Assembly: GCA_903920205.1 (NCBI GenBank)
Contig: CAIXLI010000063.1
Coordinates: 7,913 to 71,912 of the forward strand
Length of the DNA: 64,000 nt
Direction: 5' to 3'
Origin: an uncultured Pseudomonadota bacterium
GTDB taxonomy: Bacteria > Pseudomonadota > Alphaproteobacteria > UBA9219
In this document: positions 58,788 through 64,000 of the stretch, piece by piece
How positions within the stretch are numbered: the stretch's first letter is position 1
Layout of the letters: each line of letters starts with the position of its first letter
Program-made: the position numbers and the translations under genes
The notes under the pieces: generated by a model
The model's database searches: none
Told to the model about the DNA's origin: nothing
The model's input: only the letters and a program-made list of their open reading frames with translations

Positions 58788-60315
58788 TCTCGAAAACGAA
58801 AATAACGACGATTTCATCGAACCTGAGATCGGCGCGTCCGAAGAAGGCTCGTCGCGCGGCGGTATGGCCGGTAATCTGGCTGAAGCGTGGCGCACGCGTC
58901 CGTTTTTCAAGCTCATCGTTCTGATCGTTGCCGTTTTTGCGGTGGGCGTGGCGGGGATTAGCTTTTTTGGTGGCAACAATACGGCGGGGAACGAGGTTGC
59001 ACGCTTAGGCAAGCCTCCTGCTCTTAAAGAAGCCCCCGGCGGCGCGGCAACGCCCTATATGCGCCAGCAAACAGAAATGGCGAATAACGAGCGTTCCGAG
59101 CAGGCGATCGCCAACGGCGGCAGCGCCATCCCGACGCCAATAGGCCAGACGATGGATATCGGCAGCCTTGGTGGCACGGAAAAGAAAGAAGACCCGCTGA
59201 AAGAACTGCGCATCGAGACTGACATGCTGAAAAAGCAGATTCAGCAGCAACAGGTTCAACAGCAACAACAACAGGCCCAGCAGCGTCCTCCCGAGCAATT
59301 TGACAACTCTTTGGCCGAAGCGATGCAGCGCCAAATGCAGCAACTCATGGAAAGCTGGACGCCCAAGGGAATTAAGAACGTAGTCGTGATACGGGCAGAG
59401 GATTTAAAGGCCGAACAAGAAAAAGCGACCCAAGCTTTGGCGACAACCACCGCGACAGCCGTTTCCTCTACGGAAGCGACCGCACCCAAGATCGTGGTCA
59501 GCGCAGGCACGGTCAGCTATGCCCAGCTCTTGACGGAAGCCAATTCGGATGTTCCAGGTCCCATCCTTGCCCAGATCGTGTCCGGTCCCTTGTCTGGCGC
59601 ACGCGCGATTGGCGGTTTTCAAGTCGCCATGGGCTATGAAAAGTATCTTGTGCTAAAATTCAACCTTGCTGACAAAAAGGGCAAAGATTACCAAATTAAC
59701 GCTGTCGCCCTTGATCCCGATACGACTTTGGGCGGCATGGCGACCGAGGTTGACGAACGCTACTTTACGCGCATCGTTCTTCCCGCTGCCGCTGGTTTCT
59801 TGGAAGGCATGGGACGGGCGTTGGGGCAAAGCAATACGTCGGTTACGACCAACGGCACGACGTCTCTCTCTTCGGTGGCGGGCAACGGCTACAAGCAGGG
59901 CATCTATAACGGATTGGGAACCGCTGCGGAAACAATGAGCTCGTTCTTTCAGAACGAGGCCAATTTGACCAAACCGTTGGTGCGCGTTGCGGCGGGCACG
60001 CCTTTGGGCATATTCTTTGTCACGCCTGTGATGGAGCCTTCGGCGAGTAACGGGGGAAATCAGCAAAATATCCCTAACGGAGGCAATGGTCCCAACGGCA
60101 ACACCAACTACCCTGGCACGACCGTCAACGGTTATGGCGCAAGCCTTCCCGGCGGTGGTATGCCCTATCCGAATTATGCGACGCCATCTTCCAATCGGAA
60201 CAACTACCCTGGCACGTCACCCTTCGGCGCCCCTTCCTACGGCAACGCGTCCTATGGCGGCAATGCCTATGGGGCGATGCAAGCTTCGCCTTACTCTCAG
60301 AATTATGGACAATAG
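58777..60315 (+). CDS. icmE: type IVB secretion channel protein IcmE/DotG (VirB10/TraO-like)
   Basis: N-terminal TM and coiled coil; ANSDVPGPILAQIVSGPL.GA..IG.F; INAVALDPDT...ATEVD.RY; FLEGMG; overlaps icmK. Confidence 0.88.
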   Translation: MTNNLENENNDDFIEPEIGASEEGSSRGGMAGNLAEAWRTRPFFKLIVLIVAVFAVGVAGISFFGGNNTAGNEVARLGKPPALKEAPGGAATPYMRQQTEMANNERSEQAIANGGSAIPTPIGQTMDIGSLGGTEKKEDPLKELRIETDMLKKQIQQQQVQQQQQQAQQRPPEQFDNSLAEAMQRQMQQLMESWTPKGIKNVVVIRAEDLKAEQEKATQALATTTATAVSSTEATAPKIVVSAGTVSYAQLLTEANSDVPGPILAQIVSGPLSGARAIGGFQVAMGYEKYLVLKFNLADKKGKDYQINAVALDPDTTLGGMATEVDERYFTRIVLPAAAGFLEGMGRALGQSNTSVTTNGTTSLSSVAGNGYKQGIYNGLGTAAETMSSFFQNEANLTKPLVRVAAGTPLGIFFVTPVMEPSASNGGNQQNIPNGGNGPNGNTNYPGTTVNGYGASLPGGGMPYPNYATPSSNRNNYPGTSPFGAPSYGNASYGGNAYGAMQASPYSQNYGQ

Positions 60316-60372
60316 CCCTTTCTCGGGTAAACTCAGGCCGTCCGGTCTGATAAAAATCGCAGGAGTTTAGCT

Positions 60373-61494
60373 ATGACCGATATCTATGGCTCGGAGCCGC
60401 ATGATCACGAGATGGAGCATGACGACGCGTTAACCCATGATGGTGACATTGTGCATGAACCGCCTCCCGAATATGAATTTTCTGACGAGAACGGCTCTGC
60501 GATAGAACAGCCCGAAGAAGACGTTATCCCTTCATCCGAGGCGGGCTCGCCGCGTCGTTCGCCCTTTTTGCCGATAGCGGCAGCCCTTGGCGGAGTCTTG
60601 TTGCTGGGGGCTGTGGCTTGGTGGCAATTTGGCGGCGTATCGTCCTCTCCGCCTCCTCCCGTCACTAGAACGGCCTCGCCCATCCTTCCGGTAACCCCCC
60701 CGCCTAATGGGGCCCCCGCTCCTTCGTTGAACGCGGCGGACGCATCCTCTGGCGTCGCTCCAAAAACTTCTTCAACAGTGACGCAAGACAAGGATTCCAG
60801 CGGATCTTCGGCTCTTGTCTCTTCCGGTGTTGCTTCTTCCATGCCTAGCGGCGCGGCACAACAAGCCAAACCAGCCGATGCGTCTGTCGATGTCCCTGCG
60901 CCGACTCCTTCGGCGGCTTTCTCACTGCCTGCGCCGACAGTGCCGAACGACAATGCCGATCATCGCATCGAGATGCTGACGGCGCGCATCGATAATTTGC
61001 AAAATGCGCTCGATCAAGCGAATCAGCAATTAGGCCAGATGACAAATGTCCTCGCCGCATCTTCCGGTATCGGCGCTTCATCTACCGCCTCCGCTAAGGA
61101 TTTACAGGACAGGATAAACAAGCTTGAACAGAAAATAGCCACGATGAACGCCGTTTCTTTGACGCCTACTGCGGCTTCGCCGTCGTCCGGCATATCCGGG
61201 ATTGATGTTTCGCCCCCGCCGCGCAAAGCGGTGGCATCCGTTCCCAGACTCAAGGCGGTGCACAAAACCTCGCGCCAACATGTCAAAAGAGCTCCTGTGG
61301 AAGATCAAGCTGAGAGCAATTGGATTCTACGCGCGGCATCGCCCGGGCAAGCTTGGGTCGCTACCAGCGCGACGACGCATGAGTTGAAACAGGTTCAGGT
61401 CGGCGACAAGCTGTCCGGAATCGGGCGCGTTACCGCCATCCAGAAGCAGGGCGATGCCTGGATTGTGCGCGGAACCAAGGGGTCAATTCAGTAG
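60373..61494 (+). CDS. icmG: type IVB secretion protein IcmG/DotF-like (TraP-like)
   Basis: Acidic N terminus, TM, Pro/Ser linker and coiled coil; C-terminal WILRAASPGQAWV...VQVGDKLSGIGRVTAI domain; position after icmE. Confidence 0.72.
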   Translation: MTDIYGSEPHDHEMEHDDALTHDGDIVHEPPPEYEFSDENGSAIEQPEEDVIPSSEAGSPRRSPFLPIAAALGGVLLLGAVAWWQFGGVSSSPPPPVTRTASPILPVTPPPNGAPAPSLNAADASSGVAPKTSSTVTQDKDSSGSSALVSSGVASSMPSGAAQQAKPADASVDVPAPTPSAAFSLPAPTVPNDNADHRIEMLTARIDNLQNALDQANQQLGQMTNVLAASSGIGASSTASAKDLQDRINKLEQKIATMNAVSLTPTAASPSSGISGIDVSPPPRKAVASVPRLKAVHKTSRQHVKRAPVEDQAESNWILRAASPGQAWVATSATTHELKQVQVGDKLSGIGRVTAIQKQGDAWIVRGTKGSIQ

Positions 61495-61502
61495 GCAAGC
61501 AA

Positions 61503-61538
61503 GGCGGGGAGGAAAAAACCTTCCCTCGCCAGCTTTTT
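61503..61538 (+). terminator. putative terminator of icmKEG
   Basis: GGCGGGGAGG-AAAAAA-CCTTCCCTCGCC followed by AGCTTTTT; imperfect stem. Confidence 0.45.
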
Positions 61539-61684
61539 ATATCCCCCGTGACTTGTGCAGGCAGAAAGCGTAAAGAAAAACGCGGCATTCCCTTGCATTT
61601 TTGCCCTAAAACCGCCATCTAAGGAACGTTAAGTCGGCAAGTCCCCCCTGCCGGACCGTCAACCACGAACCTTGAACCCTGATT

Positions 61685-64000
61685 ATGATCACTTCTCTCG
61701 CGCGCAAGCTGTTTGGTTCCCATAACGACCGTGTTTTGCAAGGGCAAACGCCACTTGTCGCCCGCATCAACGCGCTGGAACCCCAGTTCAAAGCTTTGTC
61801 CGACGAAGCCCTCCGCGCCAAAACGGCGGAGTTTCGGGAACGTCTGGCTAACAAGAACGGCAAAGGCGGAGAGGCCCTCGATTCCCTGCTGCCGGAAGCC
61901 TTCGCCACCGTGCGCGAAGCCGCTTGGCGCGTCTTGGGACAGCGCCCGTTCGATGTCCAATTGCGCGGCGGGATGGTTCTGCATCAGGGCAAAATAACCG
62001 AAATGCGCACGGGCGAAGGCAAAACGCTGGTCGCCGTCTTGCCGTCCTATCTAAACGCCCTGACCGGCAAGGGCGTCCATGTCGTCACGGTCAACGACTA
62101 TCTTGCCAAGCGCGACAGCGGATGGATGGGCCGCATCCATAATTTCCTCGGCCTAACGGTCGGTTGTATCGTGCATGGTTTGGACGACAGCGAACGCCGT
62201 GCGGCCTATGCCGCCGATATCACCTATGGCACCAATAACGAATTCGGCTTCGACTATCTGCGCGATAATATGAAATTCGCGCAAGGCGATTTGGTGCAAC
62301 GCGCCTTCAACTTCGCCATTGTTGACGAAGTGGACAGCATCCTGATCGACGAAGCGCGCACGCCGCTGATTATCTCCGGCCCCGCCGAAGATTCGTCGGA
62401 ACTCTATATGCGCGTCAACGAAATCATCCCCAAACTCGACGCAGTTGATTTTGAAAAAGACGAGAAAAGCAGAACCGTCTCGCTGACCGAAGTGGGCAAC
62501 GAAAAGATCGAGCTTCTTCTGGGCAAAGCGGGGCTTCTGACTCCTGGCGGCGGGCTCTACGATCCCGCCAACGTCATGATCGTGCATCACGTCAATCAGG
62601 CTTTGCGCTCCCATACGATGTTTACACGCGACATCGATTACATCGTCAAGAACGACAAAGTCGTCATCATCGACGAATTCACAGGACGCATGATGGAAGG
62701 TCGCCGCTATTCAGACGGACTGCACCAAGCGCTGGAAGCCAAAGAACATGTAGCGATCCAGCGTGAAAATCAGACCCTCGCCAGCATCACCTTTCAGAAT
62801 TATTTCCGACTCTATCCCAAACTCTCGGGCATGACGGGCACCGCCCTGACCGAAGCGCCAGAATTTGCCGAGATTTACAATCTGGAAGTCGTCGAAATGC
62901 CGACCAATGTGCCGGTGCGCCGCGACGACATGAACGACGAAGTCTATGGCACAATGGCCGAAAAGAACGTCGCCATCGTGGCGCGTATCGAAGATTGCCG
63001 CAAGCGCGGGCAACCCGTTCTCGTCGGCACCGTGTCGATCGAAAAATCGGAAGCGCTGGCGGAAGTGCTGAAGAAAAAAAGCATCCCGCATAACGTGTTG
63101 AACGCCCGCTTCCACGATCAGGAAGCCACGATCATCGCGCAAGCCGGACGTCCGGGTGCCGTCACCATCGCCACCAACATGGCGGGACGCGGCACGGACA
63201 TCCAACTCGGCGGCAATTTCGACGCACGCCTTGCGGAACTTTCCGCGCAAGGCGAACCGGACGCGAAAACCGTCACCGCTTTGCGTCAGGAAATCGACGA
63301 AGCGCGCGAAAAAGTGCGTGAAGCAGGCGGCTTGTTTGTAATCGGCACTGAACGCCATGAATCGCGCCGCATCGATAATCAATTGCGTGGTCGTTCGGGC
63401 CGTCAGGGCGATCCTGGCGCGTCCATTTTCTTCCTTTCGCTCGAAGACGATTTGATGCGCATCTTCGGCGCGCACAATCAAACGCAGTCGATCTTGGCAA
63501 AGCTGGGGCTGCGCGACGGCGAAAAGATCGCCCATCCCTGGATCACGACGGCTTTGGCGAAAGCGCAGCAAAAGGTCGAAGGCCGCAATTTCGACATGCG
63601 CAAAAACCTGCTGAAATTCGACAATATCATGAACGACCAGCGCAAGGTCATCTATGAACAGCGCCGCGATATTATGGGGGCGGCGGATGTCTCCTCCATC
63701 ATCCGCGAACTGCGCGAAGAAGTGATTCACGAATTCGTCAGCAAAGCCATTCCCCCTCATTCCTATGTTGAACAATGGGATATCGCCGGATTGCACGAAC
63801 GGGTCAAAGACGTTCTGGCGCTTGATATGCCCATCGCGGAATGGGCGGCGGAAAACAATATCGCCGAAGTTGAGATCGAAGAACGCATTCGCCGTGCGGC
63901 AGAGGAAAAGCTGAAAGAAAAGACAGCCATTCTTGACGAAGGCGCTATGCGCCACGCGGAAAAAGCGGCCCTGCTCGGCACGCTCGATCAGGCGTGGAAA
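61685..64000 (+). CDS. secA: preprotein translocase subunit SecA, truncated at the window edge
   Basis: Manual translation: [16 protein letters not shown]..., [68 protein letters not shown] and [18 protein letters not shown]. Confidence 0.98.
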   Translation, partial: MITSLARKLFGSHNDRVLQGQTPLVARINALEPQFKALSDEALRAKTAEFRERLANKNGKGGEALDSLLPEAFATVREAAWRVLGQRPFDVQLRGGMVLHQGKITEMRTGEGKTLVAVLPSYLNALTGKGVHVVTVNDYLAKRDSGWMGRIHNFLGLTVGCIVHGLDDSERRAAYAADITYGTNNEFGFDYLRDNMKFAQGDLVQRAFNFAIVDEVDSILIDEARTPLIISGPAEDSSELYMRVNEIIPKLDAVDFEKDEKSRTVSLTEVGNEKIELLLGKAGLLTPGGGLYDPANVMIVHHVNQALRSHTMFTRDIDYIVKNDKVVIIDEFTGRMMEGRRYSDGLHQALEAKEHVAIQRENQTLASITFQNYFRLYPKLSGMTGTALTEAPEFAEIYNLEVVEMPTNVPVRRDDMNDEVYGTMAEKNVAIVARIEDCRKRGQPVLVGTVSIEKSEALAEVLKKKSIPHNVLNARFHDQEATIIAQAGRPGAVTIATNMAGRGTDIQLGGNFDARLAELSAQGEPDAKTVTALRQEIDEAREKVREAGGLFVIGTERHESRRIDNQLRGRSGRQGDPGASIFFLSLEDDLMRIFGAHNQTQSILAKLGLRDGEKIAHPWITTALAKAQQKVEGRNFDMRKNLLKFDNIMNDQRKVIYEQRRDIMGAADVSSIIRELREEVIHEFVSKAIPPHSYVEQWDIAGLHERVKDVLALDMPIAEWAAENNIAEVEIEERIRRAAEEKLKEKTAILDEGAMRHAEKAALLGTLDQAWK

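Noticed and set aside
62711..63955. 414-aa minus-strand ORF
   Set aside because: Antisense to secA, which the ORF track missed because its stop codon is outside the window.
1..64000. CRISPR array, tRNA, rRNA, IS or prophage; also an apparent G-rich to C-rich skew shift along the window
   Set aside because: No spaced direct-repeat array, cloverleaf, or transposase/phage motif was recognised. The skew impression from spot counts is confounded by gene orientation and needs a computed cumulative skew.

Overview
Chromosomal segment of a moderately GC-rich alphaproteobacterium, judged from gene content and synteny (LdtR, HdaA, phasin, gatCAB/ruvX, xerD neighbourhood). Most genes are housekeeping: mnmG-rsmG-parA-parB, pal, ruvX, gatCAB, cobS, nth, recF, rsmA, aroK, xerD-nadD-rsfS-rlmH, ihfB, metG, lptD, typA, folPK, hdaA, dnaJ, pth-rplY-prs, rpsT-dnaA and secA (truncated). 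The most notable signal is a type IVB (Dot/Icm-like) secretion system scattered through this core genome with no mobile-element context: icmP/dotM plus an unknown membrane partner near 7-8.8 kb, and icmK-icmE-icmG (dotH-dotG-dotF) just upstream of secA. A PilS-like pilin, a PilT/PilU-family ATPase and about seven orphan genes also sit singly between core genes; the orphans are candidate substrates. Many conserved operons lack their usual biosynthetic partners in this window (aroB, pyrB, proA, argH/lysA, purM, pdxA, cobT), which fits a host- or prey-dependent lifestyle but could also be rearrangement. Smaller features include parS-like sites, a palindromic element inserted in frame in xerD, a histone-H1-like extension on RsfS, a frameshifted membrane-protein gene and several long inverted repeats. 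No rRNA, tRNA, CRISPR array, transposase or prophage was recognised. All calls come from motif recognition by eye; no searches were run.
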